In this document: one piece after another, positions 39,131 through 51,480 of the stretch | How the letters are laid out: every line of letters starts with the position of its first letter | How positions within the stretch are numbered: the stretch's first letter is position 1 | Source: Chara braunii | Lineage: Eukaryota > Plantae > Charophyceae | Assembly: GCA_003427395.1 (NCBI GenBank) | Contig: BFEA01000003.1 | Span: 6,476,208 to 6,540,207 of the forward strand | Direction: 5' to 3' | DNA: 64,000 bases | Position numbers and translations under genes: made by a program | Notes under the pieces: generated by a model | The model's input: the letters and a program-made list of their open reading frames with translations, nothing else | The model's database searches: none | What the model was told of the DNA's origin: nothing

Positions 39131-41045
39131 GGAAAAAAAAAATGAAAAAAAACTTTAAAAAAGCAACAACGACTGGCCGCCTGATTTTGCCCCTTTCAAA
39201 CTTCCGACCGGGTAGGCCGTATGGGCCACCTGTGGAGACTGCATGGGGGGGTGGGAAATCGTCACAGGTAGAAACACCACCTGGGGTAGTCCAAGTAGTT
39301 AGGGTCTGCCTGATAGCCAGCAGGTACGAGTCAATGCTTGTCTCATCGAGTAGCTGGCTGGTCGTCTCTAGGCAGTGTATAGACATTGGGGTACTCTCGA
39401 AGCTACGTCATCAGGGTCCTAGGGCCCACCAGGGACCAAAGCAAGGGTGGGCTATGAGATGGGTATAGGGGCTGGAGGGACTAGTAGAGAGGACACCGCT
39501 GAAGTGTAGCTCGGGCAGGACTTGTACTGCGCCTGTCTCCTGTGTAGTGGGTAGGGGATAGGGGTTTTAAGGGGTGTGTACTTTACGTTAATACGAGGGA
39601 GACATGCTCTCTATGCCCGTCCGAGGAGGGATCGGCTAGGGATATGCTAAGTCAATGGTTGGGGGACAAGGCTGCTTAGAGTGGGGCCCCGCAATACATT
39701 TGGAGGTTGGATCTGTAGGGACAGAATCCGATCTCTAGTGGCAAGCTGTAGGTGTGGAAGGGACTGAATCTGCAATAGGACTTCGGGCTTCAAGTGTGTG
39801 GTGGACTCCGTCTAGGAAGGTCCAGAGGGTCAAGTGGATTCCAAACTTCGAGTGACTGAACCCCGGAGAGTACTCCCACGCCTGATACCCTGCCTCTACA
39901 ACAACCTGGGCGTTTAGAAAAAAAAAAGAAAAAGAAAAAAGAAGTGCACAAAGCTGTTCTTTGTTTGCAGTTTCTAACTGGCCTCGGCCCGGATCTGCAT
40001 AGCCCTGTTATTCCTGCAAATTCAAGACTCCACACCTCACTCTCGCACAGTCATTATTATTATTATTTTTTAGGGTGGTGTTTCTGGGTATCACACTCTG
40101 ACATGCCCAAATATCTGACAGAGAAAAACATGGCTTCTGTCCAGTCGCTGTGAGGTTTGGGCGACATGAGAAGATGAAGGTCCACCAGTCCGCGAGCAAG
40201 ATGTGCAGGTTAAGCCGTTTTTCGGAAGAAGGGGACTGTATGCGCCCACTCATATGCATTCATGATAAAAACAATATCAGAGATCAGCAGAAAGTTCCCG
40301 AGTTGGTGCTAGTGGTGCTGATAAGAGCAGAAGGTTCTTGTGAATTACGCACTCATGATGACGGTCCCAGTGTAAATTCAATATACTGTCTAGTGGCTAT
40401 ATATAAGGCTTAGACCCTGGGGTAAGGGTAGGGGTATAAGTCGCTCAGGCCAGTCCGAGTTCCGCCTGGCCTTGGGTAAGCTAGGGGAAGCTTAGGACGG
40501 TAAGACTGCTTCAATGGGTGCTACCCTGTCTGAAACCCAGGGCCCAGAGTCTCTTGGGGCCTGTAGTAGATTGTCTGGGCCTGGCGTCCGAAGTTCCCGT
40601 TCCACAAGACTCGTCCGATTCCGCTTCCACCAGGGCTGGGCAACCTATCAGCCATGGTGCCTATCACTACTGTTGGGTCCAAGTTACCTGCCCGTCGGTA
40701 GGATAATGGTCCTGAGTGCTGGTCACACTGAAGTAGGATAGTGGGATAGGGGGTGCGCTACTAGGAGTATTGACATGAGGATGGGATGGGAGGCGGTCTC
40801 ATATTCCAGGATACCCACGACCTACTGCTCCAGGTGATCACTGTGTACTCAGTGACTGGCCTCTACAATACCATGGACTTAAAAAAAAAAAAAAAAAAAA
40901 CTAAAAAAAAGACCTCCAAAAAAAAAAAAAAAAGATAATAATGAATAAGAAATCAAAATTTCCTTGCAGAGGGGGCCGTGTATTATTTTTTGCTTTTCTT
41001 GTTTAAAAATGGGTCTTCCCCGTCACGAGACCCCACCCACCCCCA

Positions 41046-41608
41046 GGGCGAGGTCCCACTAGCAACGGGATAGGATAGAAACGAGTTTGTGGGGCAGTTG
41101 AGTGACCCAAATCCTGCCATGCAGTACTCGTGATCCCACGGTCAGTACTTTTCATGTATAACCCGAAAAAGTAAGGAGATCTTTGTTCCCCTCCTCCTCT
41201 CCTTAACACCGGGCATGCCCGTGCAAAGAAAGCTTCCCGCCAGAATCTTTTCAATCGGTTGGGGGTGTGGCCAACCCCAAACGAGGTTGGGGTCGGCCTT
41301 AGCCCACTGGATAGAAGATCTTCAGCATTTACTTGCTGTTGTACAATTATCTCATTGGGTGGAGCCCTCCTTCAATCACAGAGTATATGGAAAGTGTCAG
41401 GATCACTGCTGACAGAAGTCGAGTTTATACCAGAAAAGAAGTGGCAGTTAGTTGTTCACTGTTGTTGCAACCACCACCATCAGATCAGATCATTTGTGAT
41501 CTGATGGCTGGGAAGCACTCTGCCGTGATGAACCTGTCAGCCCGCTGCCACTCAGTGTCACACTGGATGGGCCACACTCCTATCCGATTGCTAATGGGAT
41601 CTCACCCC
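41046..41608. mobile_element. MITE with ~29-bp TIRs
   Basis: GGGCGAGGTCCCACTAGCAACGGGATAGGA versus the reverse complement of the end, GGGTGAGATCCCATTAGCAATCGGATAGGA. An empty paralogous site is at 41712-41790. Confidence 0.75.
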
Positions 41609-41802
41609 CGTTTCCTCAATTTCACCCTGAAAAGCCATAATGATTTCGTTAAAATCGGCAAACCAACTTATTTGGCTAAGAAAATGTATTATTTTTTGTT
41701 TTTCTTGTGCAAAAATGGGTCTTCCCCATCACGAGACCCCACCCACCCCTGTTTCCTCAATTACCCCTGAAAGTCATTTCGTTAAAATTGGCACTTTACA
41801 TT

Positions 41803-42240
41803 TTTTTAACGAAACTGAAACCTACTTAGTTGGCTCATAAAATGTCAAAAACTTTCGCTCCTCAGGGTCTGGCGTTCTTCATGTGAGGGACGCCACGAAT
41901 TGGAATAAATGGCTGAAATACATATATACATATATTTAAAAAGAATTAAGTAAAACTCAGGACCCCCTTTATCTGAACTTCCACATACTCTCACTAGCAA
42001 AGAGGATTGGATTGAGCGCCTTAATTTGGCCGTGTTTGTGAATAAGTGCAGAAAATCGAGATTGAACTCCTTTTCTGCATCTCTGCCTAAAACACCCCCA
42101 GATCAGGATCTTAATCCAATCCCCGCTGCTAACGGGACCATGGTCCAGGGGATTCATCGTTTTAAGAATGCCAGACCCTCAGGAGCTTGAAAAATTGACA
42201 ATTTTCAGGCTAAATTAGTCAGTTTTCAATTTCGTTAAAA
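41803..42240. mobile_element. MITE/fold-back with ~77-bp imperfect inverted repeats
   Basis: 41803-41879 (TTTTAACGAAA...GCTCCTCAGGGTCTGGCGTTCTT) is inverted at 42164-42240. Confidence 0.7.
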
Positions 42241-42753
42241 ACTATACAATGTCCATTTTAAACCAGCCATCGTGGCCCGGTAGGCCAAGCCTAGTGCGGA
42301 GGCGACGAGTCGCTTTTTCTGCAAGGCTGGGGCCATGTGCTGCTGTTTTAATGAAATGGCTGTTCTGGCACATCCCCACTCCCTCAGTCCAACCTCAGTG
42401 GCACTGTCTACCACTCGGGACAGTCACCTCTGTACCATTTCTTGGTGTAATGACCTGCCCGGTTGCAGGGACCAGCGCTAACTGGGGTAATATCCTGTTC
42501 AGGCCTGGCTGAAGCATGTTTGAACAAGCCCTGTGGAATGGGTACTTCGGAAACTATCATGCCCTTACGCCTTTCTAGCTGCCAAGGCTTTCCCTCAAAA
42601 AAACAAAACAAAACAAAAAAAACACCTTTTCTAGCAGCCCAGTGAGCAGATCTGAGATAACCCCGAAAATTCTGCAGTTGGGTGGGAAAACTGATCTTAG
42701 AAGCCTGGTCTGAAACCCATTTTCTGAGTGTTTTCTAGATCCAACTGCAGTAA

Positions 42754-43743
42754 GGGCCTTGTTAGACCCTCCTTGGAAATCCGGTTTTTAGGAAATGGGC
42801 GTTGTTACGCCGCGTCCTAATTCACCAAATTCCTTGAATGAATGTGAAAACGCTCCCGATAGATTTCCTTGGATTCCTCAGAATCCCCAGCCAAAGCGTC
42901 CTTGGATTCAAGGGGTCCTCGGGAGGTCCCTTGGGTTCAAGGAGCCGAAATTGACGGAGTGTCCTGGGGCGAGTGCCGGCAGGAAAATTTGGAGTCGATG
43001 TTGGTGCACAGGTCGTCCGTGGTCCATTGGGCGGACATCACCGGCCTCCAGTACCCGACGGGCCCCCAATGGCCTCCCACCGTTACCGTTGGTGTGGAAA
43101 TGCATGGGGGTGGTTCTTCAACTGCAAGGCGCTTCACGAAGCAGGGTTTTCCATACGAGTGTCACTGGCCGTGGTGTCCAACGGTCGAATTTTTTTATTT
43201 TTCTACAAGCGATGTTGAAGCACTGTTGGGCGATTGCAGCCATCTGCCTAGCATGTTTTGTCGGCTCTTGTTGCGCGCATTGATGCAATCTTTGTTTGGT
43301 ACACGCCCCACATGCTGCAATTCATGGCAGATGTCCTCCGGCGGTTCTCGCTCCTGCTGCTGGCCACTCTTCTCCTGGTCGTTGTCATGTTGTTCCATGT
43401 GTGCATCATTGTGCGGGGTCCTGGCAGCGGACAGAAACGACGAACGGTGAGGAAGATGACAATGGACAGGCGGGAAACCTCCAGCAGACAGCCGACGCGC
43501 GCCATTGACAACTCCACAGTGTCTCCGCAACCTCTCCTTGTAGTAGCCCTCCGCAGCGTAGTCAACCTGTCGGAGATCCTCCCATGTCCCTCGCGTCCTT
43601 CTCCTCATCCACCATCTTGGCATCGCCCGAGGGATCACGCCCGATGCCATGGCGCAGCAGAATTGCACAACAGATTCTGATAACGACACACAATTGGGTG
43701 CATCCATCTCTTGTTGCATCAGCTGCCTCTGCCTGTGAACGAA

Positions 43744-43785
<42 letters not shown>

Positions 43786-45399
43786 NAAACCNCCCCGTTG
43801 CTAGGGGTGCTGATAAGAGCAGGCACCTCTAGCACCATCGGGGGAGGCTCCATCTATTGGTGGGGAGCGGCACCTGCTGGAAACCGGGTCCAGCGTCCCA
43901 TTGAGACATCTTGCTGAGAAACGGGCCATTTTATGAACACTGTGGTGGAAAAGATGTATATTGGCCATAGACAGAGCAAGAGTGGAAGGACCCGAAGCAA
44001 TAGAGCAAATTAAACTGCATATACAAACCGAGCTGCAAGCGAGATGGCAGGAGACGGAGAAAAAGTTGGTTCTCCTGAGCGACATCCCCGAAATCCAAAG
44101 GAAGATTGAGGCCTTTAGCAGGGAATGGTTAGGGAGTGATCAAGGGGGATGGATAGCATCTGTCAAATGGGAAGGAAAAACCAGAGGGCTGGTGCTTGAC
44201 CCAGACAGAGGGGAAAAGGGAATGCTGTGCAGGGATTATCAGCTCGTGTTCAACAATTGGACTGCCTTAGACCAAACAGTACCCCTTCGCCCTCCCCAAG
44301 ACTTCCCAGACCCCTTCCCCCCGAATACCCTGGCAATGGTAGATCAGGCTTGGTATGGCCACTAATGGTGGCAAGGGCTTAGGAAACGCCTCAGGGAGTG
44401 CAGTGGCCTTATAGCAGCTGAAAACTCAAGAGGTCTAACAGCGGCACAGTCAGCAATCTGGGGCCCCTCCGAGAAAGGGCGGCGATGAGTGGGGGGAGGC
44501 CCCGACCAAGATACAGGAATACACAAGGACCAGTGGAAAGGTGTTGCAGATCAAAGGAGGAAGACGGTGGAAGAAAGGGGGAAGAAAGGGAGAACTAGGA
44601 GTACAAGGTCTTTTCTGGCGTCCTACCCTGGGCGAAGAGGTTCTCATCCTCAGGCGAATTGTCGTTCTCTCAATGTGATAACGCATGGCGACGACTGACA
44701 TAGCTGCGACCACCGTGTTTCTCTCCAATGCCGTTAATTCCTTTGCACCACCCGGGAGATCTCGTTCCATCATCAGGACTTGCAATGCGCAAGCACCCAC
44801 CAGTCGTTCGCCCCCCGGTGCCCTCACTGCACCTGCACATTGATGGGGACCGCGCTCGCACTCTCCACTTTTCACGGAAGTGTTATCTTTGCGCTAAGCT
44901 GTGATGGCCCAAAGAACATGCAGAACGTGAAGGCGACGTCGCAATAGAGAACCGTTATGCATACACGCTACGTCGCCCAACGTTCCAATGCCCTCCTTTT
45001 AAGCCATGGCCGTCATCACCCCTCCGCATAGATGTTTTGCCTCAGTCTCCAGTCCAGCCTCCAAGACGCCTTACTCACGAATGTGTTACAATGAAGGGTT
45101 CAAAATTTGAAATTGGAACGGGGATGTTGGCGCCCTTTTTTTTCGTCAGCCCGGTAGGCCTCTCCACCGCTGCCACTGGACCACGCCCAAGGACGCACGG
45201 ACATCCCAGCACGATGACGGACATCCAACCTTGCGGACGTGTGTATGCGTATGAAATTGGCCGCTGGAGACATCCAAGGGTTTTCCTTGGGACCCATTGA
45301 ATTAGGACGCAGTTTAGCGACGACGCCGAAAACCAGAAAATCTTCCAAGGACTTCATCCTGATTCCTAAGGATTTTCCAAGGAGGGTCTAACGAGGCTC
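42754..45399 (-). mobile_element. PIF/Harbinger DNA transposon, internally deleted
   Basis: 26-bp TIRs G(G/A)GCCT(T/C)GTTAGACCCTCCTTGGAAA; TAA TSD (42751-53, 45400-02); empty site CTGCAG-TAA-GT at 51754-51764. Minus-strand transposase N-terminus (RWWMRRRTRGTWEDLRQ...YYKERLR) and a Myb/SANT-like remnant (EDICHELQHVG). Confidence 0.9.
43747..44635. mobile_element. 5'-truncated, 5'-inverted LINE fragment (LINE A/B-related) inside the Harbinger
   Basis: Poly-T at 43747-43782 and the LINE 3' motif on the minus strand (43793-43900); ORF2 C-terminus and 3' UTR on the plus strand (43915 to ~44635). Confidence 0.85.
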
Positions 45400-46513
45400 T
45401 AAGTGCCCGCCGAACACAGGACCTGGTAGGGTATACAACATTCTTGGGGACCAAAGTAGAAGAAGGGTTCTGGCATCTGCTCTTCTGTTTTTTTCAGCAG
45501 CCCGGCTGCGGAACGGTAAGTACCCGCCGAAGAAGAGCAGGTCAGCAGATATCGTCGCCAATGCAAGAAGATACGACCAGGACTAAAAAGACAAACGACG
45601 ATGCTGCGCCTACGCCCAAAAGCTTGACAACACAGCAACAAAGAACAGGCATACGACGGAGACAGTGCAAGAGAGTCACGCGACACTCGTGCTCGAACGG
45701 TCAGACAGAGAATGAGTATCCTGATTGATGTCTCTCAAATATTTTCACTATCTTTGCGGTTACTTTCTGCATTTTTATTTCTTTTTTGTACTTTTTTGTT
45801 TTTTTGCATGATATCGGAGTCTACTTGGGAAGCGTGTTCTCATGACAAGGGAACTCAGGGAGGGTAGTGGATTTGAGAGTACATAAAGAGTACTATGAAG
45901 CTAGAGCTTCGAACCAGACTGAGAAGAGTGAGGTAGAAGGTCTGTTGCTTGGAGTATTCCCATTGCACATTCAGTGTGGTTACTCTGTGAGATTAAAGCC
46001 TCTACGACATTGTTTTTTGAGTATTCATCTCTCGTTTGAACCAGGAGAACGACTCTGCAGTTGGGCTGAGGATCACTCGCCTAGCGCCATATCTATTGAC
46101 TCATGTAGGCTGTTATCGCCTCATCGAGTACAATATGAGCATGGTACCCTATCGTTTTTTTTTCATATCTTTGGATTGATTATCGTTATTATTATTGTTG
46201 GTGAATTATCATTAGATATATTGATCCCCAATTTCGGACTTCGATCCATTGAGGATAGTTGATCAATAGATCACCAGTCATTCTGTGTGAACAGCATCGA
46301 TCAGACTAAGTCTTGGAGATCACCGAGATCGCGCTCCTCTCTGACGGACTGTGACGGGCCGTGTCGAAGTGAGTGTGCGAAAACTTCCAAGACCCCAAGA
46401 CACATCCAAGGAGAAGATTCGGACGACAGGAGACTTCAAGGAGCCGTGTGTAAGGACGTGGACATGGTAGAGGGAGAGGCAGGGGGAGGTGGTCAGAGGA
46501 CAAGAGATACTGG

Positions 46514-47793
46514 ATGGAATACCAGGCGACACCACTGGCTAATCCGGCTGTCGTCCCGACACAAAATCTAACTCCTACAAGCGTACCCAACCAGGTTCAA
46601 CAACCTGTCGGTTACCTCCCTCCACCAGTTTATCCATATCCTTGGATGTGGCAGCCCCAACCTCCAACCCCGCCGCCTGCACACAACTGGAACTACGGAC
46701 AACATGGATACGCGCAGACAACGAAGCCAACTCCCAATTCTTTCCCTGGTCCGGGGAACCGCGCGTGGTCATGCGGGAGCACTTGGAACTGATAGAAAAG
46801 TGGAAAAGCAGGGACCCTAGCGAGGAGAAGAAGAAGGAAGAATCCGGGGAGAGTAGTAAGAGCGCAGACACGAAGAAAGGGCAGACGAAGTGTAGCACCA
46901 GCTCAGAAGATGGAGAGAAGAACTTAAAAAAATGGCTCACCGAGAATTTGGGCGTCTCTTTGAAACAGAACTCAGAGAAGCTGGACACTGTCGACAAGAG
47001 GATGCTGGAAGCAGATCGGCAGAATGAGATGCTCGCTAAGTCTGCTAAGAAGATCGAAGATCTCGAAGGCGTTTCGAAGAAAGGAGAAGCAAGCAACAAC
47101 GGAAAAAAAAAAATGTGTCGTCGACATCAACTCACCTGCTCCTGAGGGGTAGAATTTGAGATCACGACCGAGAAGTGGAGGCATTAAGATAAGACAACCG
47201 CGGATAGAAGTTTCCTCTGATGAAGACGCCAAGAAAGGGCGCGCGGAATGCCACTATCAAAGGACCTCCTCCGGAGAACAAGACCCCTCCAAGCACAATG
47301 AACTTGGAAGATGTGATGAAAATGCTAGCGATAATCACCGGCAAGACGAACCAGGGACAGGAGAACAATAATGCAGGAGTGAAGATGGAATGCGGATCAG
47401 GCGCGAAGGCTAGCTGTGGGATGACAAATGCATCCATGGAGGATAATAGTGAAGGGTCTGATGAGGAAGAAGATGAGAAAATGAAAGTGAATCGAGGAGG
47501 ACCAGGAGGAAGGGTTGGAGTAAGGATAGTGTAATACATGAGAAAAAGGTTAAACCACTACATGGAGATGATAGGTACAAAGATAAGGGCACTATGCCTG
47601 AAGAGGGATGAAGTGGGAGTGAAAGGACGAAAGTGCGTGGGAACTGGGGAAACAAGACACTGAGGAATTTACGAAGTTGATCAATGGTGGTACCGGAGAA
47701 GAGGACAAAGCAAAATCGGTGCCTGAAGAGGATGAAGAAGAGGCCAACGAGTTGGACAATGACAACAGTCAGGAAGACGTCAAGGGGAACTAG
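46514..47793 (+). pseudogene. PLE-associated ORF1-like remnant (Pro/Gln-rich N-terminus, coiled-coil/charged C-terminus)
   Basis: Overlapping fragments 46514-46792, 46642-47145 and 47220-47534 form one frameshifted, low-complexity ORF directly upstream of the EN-RT ORF. Confidence 0.6.
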
Positions 47794-48016
47794 GACTCTC
47801 CAAGAGGAGCATGCTTCGCTCCCTCGGACGAATAAGCAATGTGATCACAATGGCAGATTGTGAACTTAAATGTGACTTGCAAACAACATTTCAATTGGGT
47901 TCAATGCTAGCTGCACTCCTAGGATATTATAACTGGGAGTAAACTTACATTAAGTATTGGGCGAATCTTGCTCTTTGAACGTGTAGATTTGGGGAAGGCA
48001 GATACTTGTTTGACGT

Positions 48017-48270
48017 TGTGTCTACGTTTTGATATCTCCTTTCTACAAACAGACGTATGTTGGATAAACCAGTAGAAAACTGAATGACAGATGGAGGGAA
48101 CACATCCATACAACGGAAAGGGAACCAGAATACAAAGTCCACAAAAAGTTGAAGAAAAAGGAGGATACACGTATTCCTAATATTCGATTATCTAGCTATG
48201 GAAGCGCTCTGTATGGATCTAAAAAATGTTGTCTCGAATTATCAATAGTGAGAATCCATGCTTGAATATG
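48017..48270 (+). pseudogene. GIY-YIG endonuclease domain remnant
   Basis: CVYVLISPFYKQTYVG*TSRKLNDRWREH (48017-48103) ... ENPCLN (48250-48267). Confidence 0.88.
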
Positions 48271-48412
48271 AGGAAGTGTAAGAGAAAAAACAAACCCAGC
48301 CCCGCGAGAATAAAGCTATAGAAACCAGCCAAACAGGAGTGTGGAAAGCTATTTTATTCTCCTCTAACCTCTGGAATGATCATGAGACTGTGAATTTGTT
48401 GAATATTCTTAA

Positions 48413-48613
48413 ACCACCAGTACTTGGCCCAGCTATCGATGTCGAGCCGGCCACCCCCCTGCGCGCCGAGTTTTGCCGAACCGGCAGGGCGTCAGTTCAA
48501 TTTTTTTTTGGCCGGCGCTTCCAGCCATTGTGGTCCGGTGCCCCGAAGCCCTGCAGGCGTGGCGCGTTAACGGGGAAGTGCAGCGACCGATAGCTGAGCC
48601 AAGTACTGGTGGT
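48413..48613. mobile_element. TTAA-targeting MITE
   Basis: 26-bp TIR ACCACCAGTACTTGGC(C/T)CAGCTATCG (25/26 identical); TTAA on both sides. Confidence 0.93.
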
Positions 48614-49216
48614 TTAACAACACTAAGGGTATTTGAAAACTAGTCTTAATTAGATACTAGCTAAGTGCCCGCGGTGTGGGCGGTGCAGGCAGTGTGGGCT
48701 ACGCCTGCATAAATAAGAAATGCAGTGGGTGACCTCACACTGCATTTCGGATCGCTCACCTCCAAGATGTTTGTCTGCAGAAACAACGACGGCCTGCTGG
48801 AGGGCTACTGGAGGGCACAAAACGACATGTGCGTGAGGAATGAAAAAAGAAGGAGGGAAAAGAAGGAAAAAATAAGAGGGGGGGGACACAAAACGACAGG
48901 CGTGAGAAATTTAAAAAGGAGAGAATAGGGACACAAAACAACGGTCAACCGGGGAAAACAAAACAAAAAAAAAGCCGCCCACATATTGGATGGCTCGCCT
49001 CCAAGATGTTCATCCGCATCAACGCCAGTCGTGTGGCCCGCCCCCCGGGCATTCGCTCTCGTTTTATTGCGCGCTGTGAACATTTTGGTACGCCCACCCC
49101 TCTGCACACTCCCCCACCCTCGATCGCCTTCATCCTTCGCCCCTCATCAAAACTTTGACCCGAATCCGGCGCAAAGTGCGTCATGGACCTCCCCCCCCCG
49201 AGCAAATACTGCTTAA

Positions 49217-49433
49217 ACCACCAGTACCTACCGGTTGTTAAGGCCCGTGGCTCAGGCTACCGGTAGCCTGGTCATTCCCGAGCCTCGGAGTTTATTGCCA
49301 AGCCTTTGACAACGGGTAGGACACAACGAAAAAAGAAAAAATAGAAAAAAAAACAAAAAAAAATACAACATTTTGCAAAAAAAACAAAACAAAACAAAAC
49401 GAAATCAGACCTTTCCAACGAGAATGAATCTTC

Positions 49434-49515
<82 letters not shown>

Positions 49516-49876
49516 NNNNNNNNNNNNNNNNNNNNNNNNNNNNNNNNNNNNNNNNNNNNNNNNNNNNNNNNNNNNNNNNNNNNNNNNNNNNNNNNNNNNN
49601 NNNNNNNNNNNNNNNNNNNNNNNNNNNNNNNNNNNNNNNNNNNNNNNNNNNNNNNNNNNNNNNNNNNNNNNNNNNNNNNNNNNNNNNNNNNNNNNNNNNN
49701 NNNNNNNNNNNNNNNNNNNNNNNNNNNNNNNNNNNNNNNNNNNNNNNNNNNNNNNNNNNNNNNNNNNNNNNNNNNNNNNNNNNNNNNNNNNNNNNNNNNN
49801 NNNGGTGGGTACCCCGCGCGACACGGCGCGTTAACGGCCGCGTTGAATTCTTCAAGCAGGGAGAGGTACTGGTGGT
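49217..49876. mobile_element. TTAA-targeting MITE (spans gap)
   Basis: 13-bp perfect TIR ACCACCAGTACCT; TTAA at 49213 and 49877. Confidence 0.8.
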
Positions 49877-50049
49877 TTAAGGGATAGGATTAACTAAATA
49901 GTCTTTAGACTACCTCGTGGAGACTCGCTGGACTTTTTTTGGGGGGGGACAAATGCTCCAATCTATTCGTGGGGAGCAGCACGTGACTGATCTGCTGGTT
50001 ATCCAAATCTCGTTCTGAACATGGGATGTGTCTGCTCAAGGATAGGAAG

Positions 50050-51480
50050 ATAGATTTCAAGAACGGAGGTGAATTCGAAGTAACCTGTCTCGTCAAAACC
50101 AAATTTGAAGCAGATCAAAGAAAAGCCGAACTCATTACAATGCTGAGGGGCCCATGAAAACGAAGAAGCTTACTCAAAGAGAAAGACGTTATTGACTTGT
50201 TGAACTCATTAAAAGGACTGATTCAGAAATGTATCCATACAAAACACGGCAGGCAGATCATTAGGAGTTTGATTTCCAATGAATTAAAGAAACGATTGGG
50301 GATGAATCCAAAAGAAATATCTATAATTAAAATACCATTTTGCGAGTCTGTTGACAGACAATGTATTGAGAGAGAAGGCTTAGCACGAAAGTGGATGAAG
50401 GAAATAGTTTAGCCCAAGGAACTCGCCAACCTGATGCTAAGAAAGCTGCGAGCTGTTTGGACGAAATCCGTATCTATCGCTGACATCTTGCATAACCAGA
50501 AGGCCATTGCTTCGGGAATGTCAATGTGACTTGACATTGTTTGATCTGCCCAAAATTGACGGGCATGTACGGGTTAGAATCAACGTCGCCCACAGGACCG
50601 AACTAAGGAATCTCAAGAAGATCGATATCACTGATGAATTCCGAGTAAAACCTATGCAGATTACAAGGACTGGAGCCGTGAAACTAGATCGAAGAATCAC
50701 AACCGAATATGTGTATGGTATCAAACAAGCAATTGATGGGCTTGTCTTGTCTCCTGTGGACCGCAATCCGGGGGCGACTTTGATCAAATGCCCCACATTA
50801 TACCATGAGAGACTGACACGTACCTTCAAGGCTTCAACAGAAATCCAGATTTTGAGATATTGCACGAATCTGAGGAAGACGTTTTGCAAACAATGAAGAA
50901 TGAATTCAAAAGATTGAAACTTGAGCAGATTGGGAGGTGGGATAAAAATGGAAGACTGCAAAATGCTTTTACCATGAGCAAGGACGTAGATTCGGATAAA
51001 AAAACGACCCATATGTCCATCATTTGCTAGCCCAAGGTGATTTGCAGGGGAAACTCTTGTCAATGCTCTGAACCTGATGATAAAAAAAACTCAGACAGAA
51101 ACAGTTCAATCTGATGGCCGGCCAGGACTTAAAGAAATTCCTACGAGGGGTAAATGAGAAAGCAGCCAGGTAGTTCCTTGATGTCGAGACCAGAACATAT
51201 GACATGAAAAAATGTTTTTGAAGGTTCCCCACCAAGGGGTAAGAAATGCTGTAAAATGGATTTTCCCATGAATTCAAAAGCAATAGGCATCATGATTGGG
51301 TACGACCAAAAACCAGAGGGAAGGGTGCCACCTTGCAAGAGAGCCTGGGTGGAAATCTGTCAGATTTTTGAACCAGCTTGAAAAACTAGTTGATTTCCTG
51401 CTAAAAATTATGATTTTCAACGCTGCAGGACATATCCTTAGACAGAACGATGGTATCCCAATGGGTGGGCAGACCAGTCG
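50050..51480 (+). pseudogene. Penelope-type reverse transcriptase remnant, truncated before the YxDD motif
   Basis: GLVLSPVDRNPG (DKG-like motif), K...KRPI, TYDMK (motif A) and LRQNDGIPMGG (motif B). Confidence 0.82.

Noticed and set aside
39215-40860. GC-rich tract that may be an old LTR-element remnant
   Set aside because: No protein motif, PBS or paired termini could be supported.
42671-46065. TCTGCAGTTGGG at 42671 and 46054 as a TSD around repeat copy A
   Set aside because: TCTGCAGT also ends copy B, so it is probably element sequence; left unresolved.
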